Shown: piece by piece, positions 30,693 through 46,963 of the stretch | Position numbering within the stretch: position 1 is the first letter of the stretch | Layout: every line of letters begins with the position of its first letter | Assembly: GCA_040901675.1 (NCBI GenBank) | Contig: JBBDYJ010000011.1 | Location: 120,246 to 184,245 of the forward strand | Direction of reading: 5' to 3' | Length of the DNA stretch: 64,000 nt | DNA from: Pirellulales bacterium | Lineage (GTDB): Bacteria; Planctomycetota; Planctomycetia; Pirellulales; JAICIG01 | Program-made: the position numbers and the translations under genes | The notes under the pieces: model-generated | What the model was told of the DNA's origin: nothing | What the model saw: only the letters and a program-made list of their open reading frames with translations | Database searches by the model: none

Positions 30693-31880
30693 GTGAGAAT
30701 TATCGTGGGCGTCGTCGCCGTCCTACTCGTGGCGGCCGGCTGGCTGGCGGTACGCCAGGTCCAAGGCATTGCCCCTGACCTTGCCGCCGCGTCGCGGTCG
30801 GACGATTCTGCGCTTGACTCCGTCGACCGGACGCCTGCAACTACCGAGACGCCCAGACCCTCCGAACCGGAAGTGGTTCCCCGGCCCAAGCTCGTGGTCG
30901 ATTACGACGAGTTCGATTTCGGCGTGATGAACGTGGGCCAGTCGGGCCGGCATACCTTTACGGTGCGCAACGCCGGCAACGCCGACCTCGTGCTGCACGA
31001 GGCGGGCACCACCTGCAAGTGTACGCTGGTCGATATGCCCGGCGGACGCATCAAGCCGGGCGAAGAGCGGCAGGTGCGGCTGGAATGGACCACCGAAAAA
31101 CCGACCGAGCATTTTCGTCACGGCGCCGGTATATGGACGAATGACCCAAAGATCCGGCAACTCAAGCTGGTGCTGACCGGCAAGGTCCGCGCTTTCCTCA
31201 GTTCCTCGGCCGATAGCGTGGTGTTCCCCGACGTCGCCGCCGGCGAGTGGCGGACGCAGCGGATCACCGTCTTTTCACAGCACTGGAAGCGGTTCAACGT
31301 CACCTCGGTCGAGTCGTCGCTGCCCAACCTCACCTGGCGCATCGAGCCGGCGGACGCCGACACCCTCGCCCAGTTGGAGGCGACCAGCGGCTACACCTTG
31401 GAGTTGAAGCTCGATCCCGATCTGCCGCGGGGAGGTTTCGGAGGGCGGCTGCGCATCGCCACCGAAACCGATGAGCTGGGCCTCGAAAAGCTGCCCGACC
31501 CCCTGGAATTGCCTGTCCAGGGCAACCGGCTGGGCAACTATTCGTTCTACGGCAAGATCGTCCAGGAAGGAGTCTTCAAGCTGGGCCGCGTGGCCCAGCG
31601 CGACGGCATCCGCCACAAGGTATACATGTATGTCCGCGGTGCGACAGACAACTTCCAGGTCGAGCAGATCCGCACCACGCCCGATTTCCTCCACGTCCGG
31701 CTGGTCAAAGACGACTCGGTCGCCACCAAGCGCCAGCGTTATCGGATGGAGATCGAAGTGCCCCCCGGAGCTCCACTGGTCGACTACATGGCCCAGCGCT
31801 TCGGCCGGATCGAACTGGACACCAACCATCCCGACCTGTCCCACGTCGAGCTGACCGTGCAGTTCGCCGTGCACCCTTGA
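30693..31880 (+). CDS. DUF1573 (Ig-like) domain protein, membrane-anchored
   Basis: GTG start after GGAGG; FDFGVM..HTFTVRNAGNADL..TTCKCT..IKPGE..TNDP. Confidence 0.85.
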   Translation: MRIIVGVVAVLLVAAGWLAVRQVQGIAPDLAAASRSDDSALDSVDRTPATTETPRPSEPEVVPRPKLVVDYDEFDFGVMNVGQSGRHTFTVRNAGNADLVLHEAGTTCKCTLVDMPGGRIKPGEERQVRLEWTTEKPTEHFRHGAGIWTNDPKIRQLKLVLTGKVRAFLSSSADSVVFPDVAAGEWRTQRITVFSQHWKRFNVTSVESSLPNLTWRIEPADADTLAQLEATSGYTLELKLDPDLPRGGFGGRLRIATETDELGLEKLPDPLELPVQGNRLGNYSFYGKIVQEGVFKLGRVAQRDGIRHKVYMYVRGATDNFQVEQIRTTPDFLHVRLVKDDSVATKRQRYRMEIEVPPGAPLVDYMAQRFGRIELDTNHPDLSHVELTVQFAVHP

Positions 31881-32077
31881 TCATCCGTTGCTAGCCTGGT
31901 TTCCGATCCGCTCCTGACGCCCTCCCCGGCCCTCGCCCGACCGGCTGGCAGGCCGGCAAACCTCGGCAGTTCCGGCCGGCTTCTGCCTTCATTGGCTTCT
32001 GCCTTCGGGCCGCTTAAGGTACTGGACGCACAAGGCGAAACTCTCTACTTTGCTCCGGCAGGCCGGGAGAGACCCGA

Positions 32078-32464
32078 ATGTCCAGTTCGCACGGACCGGA
32101 GGGATTCGAAAACCGCGTGATCGCGCTGGTCGCCGAAGGAAGGACCCTCGAAGCGATCAAGCTCTACCGCGAGGCCACCGGCGTGGGCCTCAAGGAAGCC
32201 AAGGACTTCGTCGAGGCCCTGGCCGCGACGAATCGTGCACTCCCCGTCCAAGCCCAGGCAGTCGACGAGCGGGTGCTGCAACTGCTGACCGATCAGCGCA
32301 AGATCGAGGCGATCAAGGTCTATCGCCAAGCGACCGGGGTGGGGCTCAAGGAAGCCAAGGAGGCGGTCGAGGCCATCGCCCGCCTGAGGGGCATCGAGTC
32401 GAAGTCGGGATGTCTGACCATCTTGTTGTTCGCGGTCACCGCCCTGGTCGCGGCCGCGATTTAA
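32078..32464 (+). CDS. Protein with two ribosomal L7/L12 C-terminal-like domains and a C-terminal hydrophobic tail
   Basis: EAIKxYRxATGVGLKEAK.xVEA twice; tail KSGCLTILLFAVTALVAAAI. Not the true rplL. Confidence 0.8.
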   Translation: MSSSHGPEGFENRVIALVAEGRTLEAIKLYREATGVGLKEAKDFVEALAATNRALPVQAQAVDERVLQLLTDQRKIEAIKVYRQATGVGLKEAKEAVEAIARLRGIESKSGCLTILLFAVTALVAAAI

Positions 32465-32767
32465 TAAGTTGCCTGGATCGCCCAACCGTCACAAAGTCAA
32501 ACTTTTTCGGTATTGCGCAAAATTCTGTCCCATTTGCGCAAACTGGATCCTTTTCCCGCTGACTCTCTTGGGAGTCGCTGCTGCCAGGTTATGCTGGCAG
32601 CGCCACCCGGCCCGTTTTCCAACGACCGGCATCGCACGCCCAAATTGCCCAGCTTATAATGACTTAGAGATATCGCGGATTGCCGGACTTGCGGATTTGT
32701 CAAGCACTTTTCCGGCAACGCCCAGAATAGTTGAGTACTTTTACGTCTTATGAGCGCTTAAAGGGCA

Positions 32768-33283
32768 ATGACCAACGATGCGGCGTCCACCGGGTTTGAC
32801 GTGGCCCGACTCGTCAAGGAGCATCAGACCGGTGTCTGGCGGTACTTGAGAGCTTTAGGTTGTGCACCCGCGCAAGCCGAGGACCTCACGCAAGAGACGT
32901 TTTTGCGGGTGCTGGAAAAGCCGTTTCAGGATTACAATCGCGCTGCCACGGCGGCCTACTTGCGGCAGGTCGCTCGAAATTTGTTCTTGACGAGTCAGCG
33001 GCGGGCAGCGCGGACGTTGGTCGTGGCCAACCTGGACGAGATCGAGGTCCTCTGGGCTCGTTGGACTGATCGGGACGGAGGTCAGGAGTTGGTGCAGGCC
33101 CTGGAGCGGTGTTTGGAGACACTGGCGGCCCGTGCCAGACAAGCGTTGGACCTGCGGTTCCGCGAGCGGTTGTCGCGCGCGGGCATCGCCGAAAAACTGG
33201 GAATGAGCGAGGCCGGGGCAAAAAACCTGATGCAACGAGCCAAACGGCACCTGCGGGCCTGTATCGAGCGAGCCATGCGATGA
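32768..33283 (+). CDS. ECF sigma factor
   Basis: AQAEDLTQETFL; sigma4 LSRAGIAEKLGMSEAGAKNLMQRAK. Confidence 0.9.
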   Translation: MTNDAASTGFDVARLVKEHQTGVWRYLRALGCAPAQAEDLTQETFLRVLEKPFQDYNRAATAAYLRQVARNLFLTSQRRAARTLVVANLDEIEVLWARWTDRDGGQELVQALERCLETLAARARQALDLRFRERLSRAGIAEKLGMSEAGAKNLMQRAKRHLRACIERAMR

Positions 33284-33350
33284 GAACTTCCAACGTGCCG
33301 GGCCTCTTTGCATAACGACCCCCGGCACAGCTCCTGGCGGGGATGCTGGC

Positions 33351-35714
33351 ATGAATTCCGAACCTCACGAACCGATCCTGGATGCCTGCCTGGAAGAAGT
33401 TCTCGGCGGCCAGCAACCACCCGATCTGTCGGCCAGGATTCTTCGGGCACTGGCTGAGCGGAATGGTGGGTCGTCAACGCCCTTCACAACTTTGCCCAAT
33501 GGCGCCCACGCCAGCGGCCACCGGCCCATCGGCGAGCATGCCGCGGGTCCCGCGCTGCAGCCGGGTCCCCTGCCCATTCCTGTTCAAAGGCCCGCCTTAA
33601 CTGCCGCGGCTCGTTCCGCCGCCCCGGCTGGCCCAGTCGATCGAGTCGCCCCGCACCGCATAAAGTACGGCCGTCGGGTCGGCTTGGCGCTTGCGGCCAG
33701 CCTGCTCTTGATCCTACTGGGTTACCAGGCAATGCGGAGCGTCTTCCAGGATGCCCAGTTCCAGGATGCCCAGGCCGATCCGAGGCGTCAGCTTGCCTCG
33801 GATGCGCCGGGAGCGGCCAGGAGTGCCTCCCCCGATAGCCCGCAAACCGGCGCCCAAGTTGGCGGCTACGAAGGTGAGCTTCGGCGCCCCGCCGTGGTTG
33901 CTCCACCGGACAGTGTTCCTCCACCGGACAGGGCCGACGACGACGCCCGAGGCGCGGCGGGTCTGGCGGGGCCGCCACGACCAGCTACGGTCCAATCCGA
34001 CCCGATAGCGACTGACATAGCGGCTGACTCCGATCAAGGCGCCCCCGCGCCGCCGGACATGGATCCGACCGTTGCGGCCCCAACTCCAGATCGGGTTGCT
34101 TCGTCGCAATCCGGAATTGACAGCGGCCAGCCGCATTCGGCCGTCTCCGACGAAGAACTGCTGTCGACCATCAACCAGATGCTGCGGCACGCCTGGCAGG
34201 AGGCCGGCATGGGGCCATCGCCGCCGGCCACCGATTCCGAGTGGTGCCGGCGGGTCTACCTCGACATCGTGGGTCGAATTCCGTCGATCGAAGAGTTGGA
34301 AAATTTCCTTCGCGACCGATCCAGGGACAAGCGGGCGCGCCTGGTCGACCGCTTGTTGGGCGAGGAGTACATCGAGCAGTACGCTCGAAACTGGACCACG
34401 ATTTGGACGAACACGCTGGTCGGTCGCAGCGGCGGGCAGACTCCCGGCAGCCTGGTCAACCGCGAGGGCCTGCAGCAGTACCTGCGGCGGGCGATGCTCC
34501 ACAACAAGCCCTACGACCAAATCGTCGAAGAGTTGTTGAGCGCCGAAGGCGTCAATACTCCCGGAGAAGAAGGCTTCAACGGAGCGGTCAACTTCCTCCT
34601 GGACAACCTCGACGAAAACGGCGTCACGGCGGCGGCCAAGACGGGCCAAATTTTCCTGGGAGTGCAAATCCAATGCACCCAGTGCCACAACCATCCCTTC
34701 AATGAATGGCAGCAGGACCAGTTCTGGGGCCTCAATGCATTCTTCCGCCAGGCGCGCGGCGTCAACCTGATGGACCCAGCCGCCCCACGCTCCGCGCGGC
34801 TGGAGGACGTCGACTTCGCCGGCGAGTTGGGCGACTCCCGGGAAGCCGAAATCTTCTACGAGCTGCGCAACGGCCAATTGCGCGCCGCGTACCCGACCTT
34901 TATCGACGGTGTCCCGATCAATCCCAGCGGCCTGGTCGACCAGGTGAACCGGCGCGATGAACTGGCCCGGCTGGTGGTCCAGTCGCCCTCCCTCGGCCAA
35001 GCGCTGGTGAACCGGATCTGGAGCCACTTTTTCGGTTATGGCTTCACCAAGCCGGTCGACGACATGGGTCCGCACAACTCGCCCTCCCATCCCGAGCTGC
35101 TCGAACGTCTAGGCGCCCACTTTGCCGCCGGTGGACACGACCTGAAGCGGCTGCTGAGAGTGATCGCTTTGACCGACGCCTATTCGCTCTCGAGCCGCTT
35201 CGGGACCAAGTACGGCAATCAAAGCGACGACCCCAGCCTGGGTACCCCAGCCTGGTTCAGTCACTTCTATCTGCGGCAACTCACCGCCGAACAACTCTAC
35301 GATTCACTCGTGGCCATCACCGACGCCCATCGCACGCAGGGCAGTTTCGAGGAGCAGCAACGCCTCAAGGAGCAATGGCTCGAGCAGTTCACGATCGCCT
35401 TTGGAACGGACGACAACGAGGAGGCGACCACCTTCAACGGAACAATTACACAGGCCCTGATGATGATGAACGGCGATTTGACTCGCCGGGCCACCACCGC
35501 CGAACCCGGCACCTTCCTGCACCAGCTCGCCACCACCCGGCGGTCCGGCCACGTCGAGCGGCTCTACCTGGCCGCCCTGGCTCGCACGCCCTCAGCCAAG
35601 GAACGCCAGTGGGCCGGAGACCTGTTCGCCTCGCGGCAACAAAGCCCCGTCACCGCCTTGGAAGACATGTGGTGGGCCCTCTTGAACAGCAACGAGTTCA
35701 TTTTGAATCACTAA
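33351..35714 (+). CDS. DUF1549/DUF1553 (PSCyt2/PSD1) protein with anti-sigma-like N-terminus and TM
   Basis: WCRRVYLDIVGRIP, CTQCHNHPF, VNRIWSHFFGYG, PSHPELL, QALMMMN, WALLNSNEFILNH. Confidence 0.9.
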   Translation: MNSEPHEPILDACLEEVLGGQQPPDLSARILRALAERNGGSSTPFTTLPNGAHASGHRPIGEHAAGPALQPGPLPIPVQRPALTAAARSAAPAGPVDRVAPHRIKYGRRVGLALAASLLLILLGYQAMRSVFQDAQFQDAQADPRRQLASDAPGAARSASPDSPQTGAQVGGYEGELRRPAVVAPPDSVPPPDRADDDARGAAGLAGPPRPATVQSDPIATDIAADSDQGAPAPPDMDPTVAAPTPDRVASSQSGIDSGQPHSAVSDEELLSTINQMLRHAWQEAGMGPSPPATDSEWCRRVYLDIVGRIPSIEELENFLRDRSRDKRARLVDRLLGEEYIEQYARNWTTIWTNTLVGRSGGQTPGSLVNREGLQQYLRRAMLHNKPYDQIVEELLSAEGVNTPGEEGFNGAVNFLLDNLDENGVTAAAKTGQIFLGVQIQCTQCHNHPFNEWQQDQFWGLNAFFRQARGVNLMDPAAPRSARLEDVDFAGELGDSREAEIFYELRNGQLRAAYPTFIDGVPINPSGLVDQVNRRDELARLVVQSPSLGQALVNRIWSHFFGYGFTKPVDDMGPHNSPSHPELLERLGAHFAAGGHDLKRLLRVIALTDAYSLSSRFGTKYGNQSDDPSLGTPAWFSHFYLRQLTAEQLYDSLVAITDAHRTQGSFEEQQRLKEQWLEQFTIAFGTDDNEEATTFNGTITQALMMMNGDLTRRATTAEPGTFLHQLATTRRSGHVERLYLAALARTPSAKERQWAGDLFASRQQSPVTALEDMWWALLNSNEFILNH

Positions 35715-35733
35715 CGTCCCCCAGGAGTCAGAC

Positions 35734-37026
35734 ATGCCCCGTTCCCCATTCATCCCCGCCGGCATGACGCGCCGGCACTTTGTCCAGCATCTGGCCGGGG
35801 CATCGGCGCTGGCGGCGCCTGCAATCCAGTTCACCACTGCGCTGCGGGCCAACGCCCAGGAGCTGAAAAAACGCGGCAAGGCCGCCATTCTGCTCTGGAT
35901 GGGGGGCGGCCCCAGCACCATGGATATCTGGGACCTGAAGCCGGGCGCGGCCACCGGCGGGCCCTTCAGCCCCATCGACACCAGCGGCGACGTGCAGATC
36001 TGTCAGCACATGCCGTTAATGGCCCGCCAGATGCACCACATGGCGGTGGTCCGCTCGATGAGCACCCGCGAGGCCGACCACAATCGCGGCCGCTATTACA
36101 TGCACACCGGCTACGTGCCCAATCCGGCCATCGAGCATCCCAGCTACGGAGCCGTCGTCAGCCACGAGTTGGCGGGCCAGAAGCCGGATCTCGAGATCCC
36201 CCCCTTCGTATCGGTTGGCGGCGGCAGCGTCGGACCCGGTTTTCTAGGCATGACCTATGCCCCCTTCGTCGTCGACTCCAACGGCGACGTGCGCAACCTG
36301 CGGATGGGCCTGGATCAGGCCCGGCTCCAACAACGCATGATGACGCTGGCCGCCATCGAGAAGAACTTCGCCTCGCAGGGGCGGGGTGAGGCGCCCAACG
36401 ACCACGCCAAGATCTTGGACAAGACGCTGACCCTGATGACCAGCAAGCAGATGGCCGCCTTCAAAACCGACAAGGAACCGCGCCCGCTTCTCGAGCGCTA
36501 TGGCGCCGTGGGCGGCCGCGCCGGCAATGCGGGCTTTGCACGCGGCTGCCTGATGGCCCGCCGCCTCGTGGAAGAGGGAGTGCCCTTTGTCGAGGTCGAT
36601 TTCGGCGGCTGGGACAATCACTCCGACATCTTCAGCACCCTGGAAACCAAGCTGCCCCAGCTCGATCAGTCGATGAGCGCCTTGATCGAAGATCTCGATC
36701 AGCGGGGATTGCTCCAGGACACCGTCGTCATCTGGATGGGCGAGTTCAGCCGTACCCCGCGGATCAACGGCGACACGGGCCGAGACCACTGGGCACGCAG
36801 TTGGAGCGTGGTCCTGGGAGGCTCCGGCATCCAGGGCGGCATCGCCGTGGGAGCCACCAACCCGGACGGCACCGAGGTCGTCACCGACCCCTACGCCTCC
36901 GAGGATCTCATGGCCTCGGTCCTCAAAGCCCTCGGCATCTCGCTGGAAACCACCTACACCAGCAAGAACAACCGGCCGATGAAGATCGCCAACGGCGGCC
37001 GCCTGATCAAAGAACTCTTCGCCTAA
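35734..37026 (+). CDS. DUF1501 family protein, Tat-exported
   Basis: TRRHF signal, WMGGGPSTMDIWD, GGWDNH, GEFSRTPRIN, GRDHW. Confidence 0.92.
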   Translation: MPRSPFIPAGMTRRHFVQHLAGASALAAPAIQFTTALRANAQELKKRGKAAILLWMGGGPSTMDIWDLKPGAATGGPFSPIDTSGDVQICQHMPLMARQMHHMAVVRSMSTREADHNRGRYYMHTGYVPNPAIEHPSYGAVVSHELAGQKPDLEIPPFVSVGGGSVGPGFLGMTYAPFVVDSNGDVRNLRMGLDQARLQQRMMTLAAIEKNFASQGRGEAPNDHAKILDKTLTLMTSKQMAAFKTDKEPRPLLERYGAVGGRAGNAGFARGCLMARRLVEEGVPFVEVDFGGWDNHSDIFSTLETKLPQLDQSMSALIEDLDQRGLLQDTVVIWMGEFSRTPRINGDTGRDHWARSWSVVLGGSGIQGGIAVGATNPDGTEVVTDPYASEDLMASVLKALGISLETTYTSKNNRPMKIANGGRLIKELFA

Positions 37027-37027
37027 C

Positions 37028-39196
37028 CTATCCCAGCCACGACTGCGCCGGGATGTCCTCTTGCGGCGACGAATCGCCGTCGGCCAGAGCCGCCTTGCCC
37101 CCAAGGTTGCCGCGCCCGCCAAGCTGGGCCACCAGCATCGTGAGCTGCCGCGGTTCGATCGGCTTGGACGCGTGAACCTGGAAGCCGGCGGCAACCGCCC
37201 GCAGGCTGTCTTCCTCGCGGGCAAACGCCGTCAATGCCATCGCCGGCACCCGCCCTCCCTCGCTGACCGCACGCTGCCGAACGGCGCGGATCAGGTCGTA
37301 ACCGTCCTCCTCCGGCATGCCGATGTCGCTGATCAGCACGTCCGGAGGCGAGTGGTCAAAGGCCTCCAGCGCCTCCCGCACGCTCGCCACCAGGATCACT
37401 TCGGCCTTCGAGCGCGAAAGGACCTTGCCGATCACCTCGCGACCATCGGCCTCGTCGTCCACAACCAGCACTTTCAGGCCGGCCAAATCCACTGCCTCGT
37501 CGACGGCCGAACTGCCCTGCGGTTCGGTCTGGTCCGGACGCTGCTCCCGGCTATCGTCGGCCACCGCGGCCACGGGCAGCCGCACAAAGAACCGGCTCCC
37601 CTTGCCGCGGCCCTCGCTCTCCGCCCGGACGTGGCCGCCGTGCAACTCGACCACGTGCCTCACAATAGCCAGACCAAGCCCCAAGCCGCCGTGCGATCGC
37701 CTGGTGGTACTGTCCGCCTGGCGGAAGCGGTCGAAAATGTGCGGCAGAAACTCGGGCGGAATCCCCTCCCCGGCGTCGGACACTTCCACCTCGATCATGG
37801 GTCCGGCGCGGGTCAGGCCGACCTGCACCCGCCCGCCCGCCGGAGTGAACTTGACGGCGTTGACCAGGAGGTTCCAGATCACTTGTTGCAGCCGGTCCGG
37901 ATCGCCTGACACCTCGGCCGTCGTGCTATCGAGCTGGCAGCCGAGCTCGACACCCTTGGCGTCGGCCGCGGGCCCCACCACGTCGATGGCCGAATGGATC
38001 ACCCGAACCAGGTTCACCGGGCGGATGCTCAACCGCAACTTGCCGGTAATGATGCGGGAGACGTCGAGCAGATCGTCGATCAGCTTCGCCTGGGCCATCA
38101 CGTTGCGTTCGATGATTTCCAGTCCGTGGGCTGTTTCCTCCTCGTCCAGGGCCCCGGCACGCAGCAATTGCGTCCAGCCCAGCATGGCCGTCAGCGGAGT
38201 CCGCAATTCGTGCGATAGCGTGGCCAGAAACTCGTCCTTGATGCGGTTGGCCTCGCGGGCTTCCGAATTCAGCGTGTTCTCGATGGCGATCGAGGCCATC
38301 TGCGCAAGCTGCAAGAGCACGGCCTCGTCGTCGCCGCTGAAATGCCCACCCGCCTTGTTTGAGACGTGGATCAGGCCCATACTCCGCCCGTCGCGGCCGG
38401 TGAGCGGCGCGGCCAGCCAGCCGCCTTCGGCCTCCAGCGGCACGCTGGGGCCCATCGACTGCCAGATGGGATCCCGCGCCACCTGGTCCGGGCTCAAGCG
38501 GCCGGGCTTGCCCATCGCCACCCACAGCGCGTGCAGTTGCGAGCCGCTGGCCTGTTCGCTCGGCGCCCGCAACGTCGGGTGCGGAGCGACCGAAATCACC
38601 TGCCGCGCCTTGGACCAGTTCTCGTCCCAACTGGTGACGGTGGTGGCCCGCTGCGCTGCCACCAGGTCGCGGGCCGTGTCGGTGATCACCCGCAGCATCT
38701 CCTCCATCGACATCGCGGAGTGGATCGAGAGCGAAGCCTCGGTCAGCTTGTGAAGCTGGGCGGCCCGTTCACGCAGTCGTTCCGCCTGGCGTTCGATCTC
38801 GCGGGTCTTCTGATACAGGTCCAGGAAGACCGTCACCTTGGTCCGCAGGACCTCGGGCACCACCGGAGCCAGGATGTAGTCCACGGCGCCCAGCGAATAG
38901 CCGCGGGCCATGTGCATGTCGTCGCCGAACGCCGTGATGAAGATGATCGGCGTGTGCGCGGAGTTCTTCCGTTGCCGGACCAAGGCCGCCGTCTCGAAGC
39001 CGTCCATCCCCGGCATGTTGATGTCCAGCAGGATCAGCGCGAAATCGCGCTCCAGCAGGCAGCGCAGGGCACTGCGCCCCGAATCGGCCAGGACGACCGA
39101 GTCGCACAGGTCGGAGAGAATCGCCTCCATCGCCAGCAACTTGTCGGGGCGGTCATCGACGACCAGGATGCTCAGTCCGTCGGGGCGAGAAGTCAT
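37028..39196 (-). CDS. Hybrid histidine kinase (REC-GAF-HisKA-HATPase-REC)
   Basis: [47 protein letters not shown]; start MTSRPD. Confidence 0.93.
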   Translation of the reverse strand: MTSRPDGLSILVVDDRPDKLLAMEAILSDLCDSVVLADSGRSALRCLLERDFALILLDINMPGMDGFETAALVRQRKNSAHTPIIFITAFGDDMHMARGYSLGAVDYILAPVVPEVLRTKVTVFLDLYQKTREIERQAERLRERAAQLHKLTEASLSIHSAMSMEEMLRVITDTARDLVAAQRATTVTSWDENWSKARQVISVAPHPTLRAPSEQASGSQLHALWVAMGKPGRLSPDQVARDPIWQSMGPSVPLEAEGGWLAAPLTGRDGRSMGLIHVSNKAGGHFSGDDEAVLLQLAQMASIAIENTLNSEAREANRIKDEFLATLSHELRTPLTAMLGWTQLLRAGALDEEETAHGLEIIERNVMAQAKLIDDLLDVSRIITGKLRLSIRPVNLVRVIHSAIDVVGPAADAKGVELGCQLDSTTAEVSGDPDRLQQVIWNLLVNAVKFTPAGGRVQVGLTRAGPMIEVEVSDAGEGIPPEFLPHIFDRFRQADSTTRRSHGGLGLGLAIVRHVVELHGGHVRAESEGRGKGSRFFVRLPVAAVADDSREQRPDQTEPQGSSAVDEAVDLAGLKVLVVDDEADGREVIGKVLSRSKAEVILVASVREALEAFDHSPPDVLISDIGMPEEDGYDLIRAVRQRAVSEGGRVPAMALTAFAREEDSLRAVAAGFQVHASKPIEPRQLTMLVAQLGGRGNLGGKAALADGDSSPQEDIPAQSWLG

Positions 39197-39239
39197 CTGG
39201 CAGGTTCGATTCGCGGGCAAGTTGAAATGTGTAACGGTT

Positions 39240-39285
39240 GGCTCCTGACGGCACCTGGCTCCTGACGGCACCTGGCTCCTGACGG
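39240..39285. repeat. 17-bp tandem repeat (2.7 copies) between the two kinase genes
   Basis: ggctcctgacggcacct x2 + ggctcctgacgg. Confidence 0.9.
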
Positions 39286-39308
39286 TATCTCCGGACGGCG
39301 CCTCTCTC

Positions 39309-45701
<6,393 letters not shown>

Positions 45702-45945
45702 ACGGATGGTCCTTCGGTCTTATGAGCGGAAGGAAGTGCGGCGGCGCAGAGATGCCGCCGCGGAAACTTGGAAAATTGGCGAGTCCGTACCTACACGGGC
45801 CGCATCGAAGTCGGCTGCTCGGGCTGCCACTCAACGGCCTCGCTCACTCACCTCAAGAAATGAAAAAAGCTCCGCATGCGCAGTCGCGCGGGAGCTGTCT
45901 TAGCTGGCCGATTCCACCCGCCATGAGCAGAAAACGGCACTACTA

Positions 45946-45975
45946 AGTCTAGGTCCGTGGCGCATATGGTGTCAA
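45946..45975 (-). promoter_or_regulatory. Putative sigma70 promoter of the kinase operon
   Basis: Minus strand TTGACA-N18-TAGACT, about 245 nt upstream of the kinase ATG. Confidence 0.5.
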
Positions 45976-46014
45976 CTGCCTTCTTTCTTTCCGCCAGACC
46001 GCTGGATACGTGGG

Positions 46015-46042
46015 TTGACTCCGGCCGCCATGTGGTTAGGCT
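46015..46042 (+). promoter_or_regulatory. Putative divergent sigma70 promoter of the DUF5985 trio
   Basis: TTGACT-N16-TAGGCT. Confidence 0.35.
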
Positions 46043-46288
46043 AGAACCGCTGTGTCCGGGAAGGGCGGCTGTCCATGCCCGGCTGTCCACGTCGGCTTTG
46101 GCGACGGGAGCCCTTCAGGCGGGCCCGGAGTCGATCCCGACCCTCCTCGAATCTCGATCGAACCCCCCTGGCTGGCCTACGGTGGGCGGGCCAGACCGAT
46201 CGGCGTGTCGCCGGGTCGAAACCGCGATTTCGACGCCGGGCGTCGTGAAGCGTTGAAACATCACGATCGCCAGTTAGGGGCCGCTATC

Positions 46289-46663
46289 TTGGACAGGCTG
46301 CCAGACGAAATCAGACATTTTATCGCTGCCAACGTCAGCTCGGTGGCACAGCTCGAACTGCTGCTGCTGGTGCGCGAAAGTCCCGACAAAGACTGGTGCC
46401 CGGAGCAGGTCAGCAGGGCCTTGTACACGACCGCCGACATGATGGCGGGCCAACTGGCCGAATTGGAGGGCCGCGGGTTGCTGAAATCTACGCAGCCGGG
46501 GCGCTACCGGTACGCGCCGGGCACGCCCGAGCTGGCGGCCATCGTCGAAGAGGTTGCCAAGCTCTACAAGGAGCGCCGAGTTTCGGTCATCTCGACGATC
46601 TATGCCGAGCCGACCGAAAAGGTGCGCACGTTTGCCGATGCTTTCCGGCTGCGAAAGGATTAG
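46289..46663 (+). CDS. Conserved hypothetical protein, winged-helix-like
   Basis: LPDEIRHFIAANVSSVAQLELLLL...VSRALY...LAELEGRGLL...YRYAP...FADAFRLRK. TTG start at 46289 is uncertain. Confidence 0.75.
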   Translation: MDRLPDEIRHFIAANVSSVAQLELLLLVRESPDKDWCPEQVSRALYTTADMMAGQLAELEGRGLLKSTQPGRYRYAPGTPELAAIVEEVAKLYKERRVSVISTIYAEPTEKVRTFADAFRLRKD

Positions 46664-46674
46664 GAAAAGAAGAC

Positions 46675-46932
46675 ATGTCAAGCGTGGTCTATAGCCTGTG
46701 TGCTGTCACGAGTCTCGCCTGCGCCGTGCTGCTCTTGCGCGGCTACCGGCGCAGCGGCGTAAGGCTGCTGTTCTGGAGCGGGCTGTGCTTCGTGGGACTT
46801 GCCTTGGACAACATGGTCCTGATCGTCGATCAGATTATCATCCCGGACGTGGATGTCTCGATGTATCGCAGGCTGCCGGGATTGGTCTCTCTTTCGCTGT
46901 TGTTGTATGGCCTGATTTGGGAGTCGCGCTAG
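46675..46932 (+). CDS. DUF5985-like small 3-TM membrane protein
   Basis: MSSVVYSLCAVTSLACAVLLLRGYRRSGVRLLFWSGLCF...LLYGLIWESR. Confidence 0.8.
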   Translation: MSSVVYSLCAVTSLACAVLLLRGYRRSGVRLLFWSGLCFVGLALDNMVLIVDQIIIPDVDVSMYRRLPGLVSLSLLLYGLIWESR

Positions 46933-46963
46933 TTAGCCCGGTCGAAACAGGAAGTGTAACGCG

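Noticed and set aside
32078..32464. Ribosomal protein gene rplL
   Set aside because: No N-terminal dimerisation domain, has a hydrophobic tail, and is not in rplJ-rpoB context.
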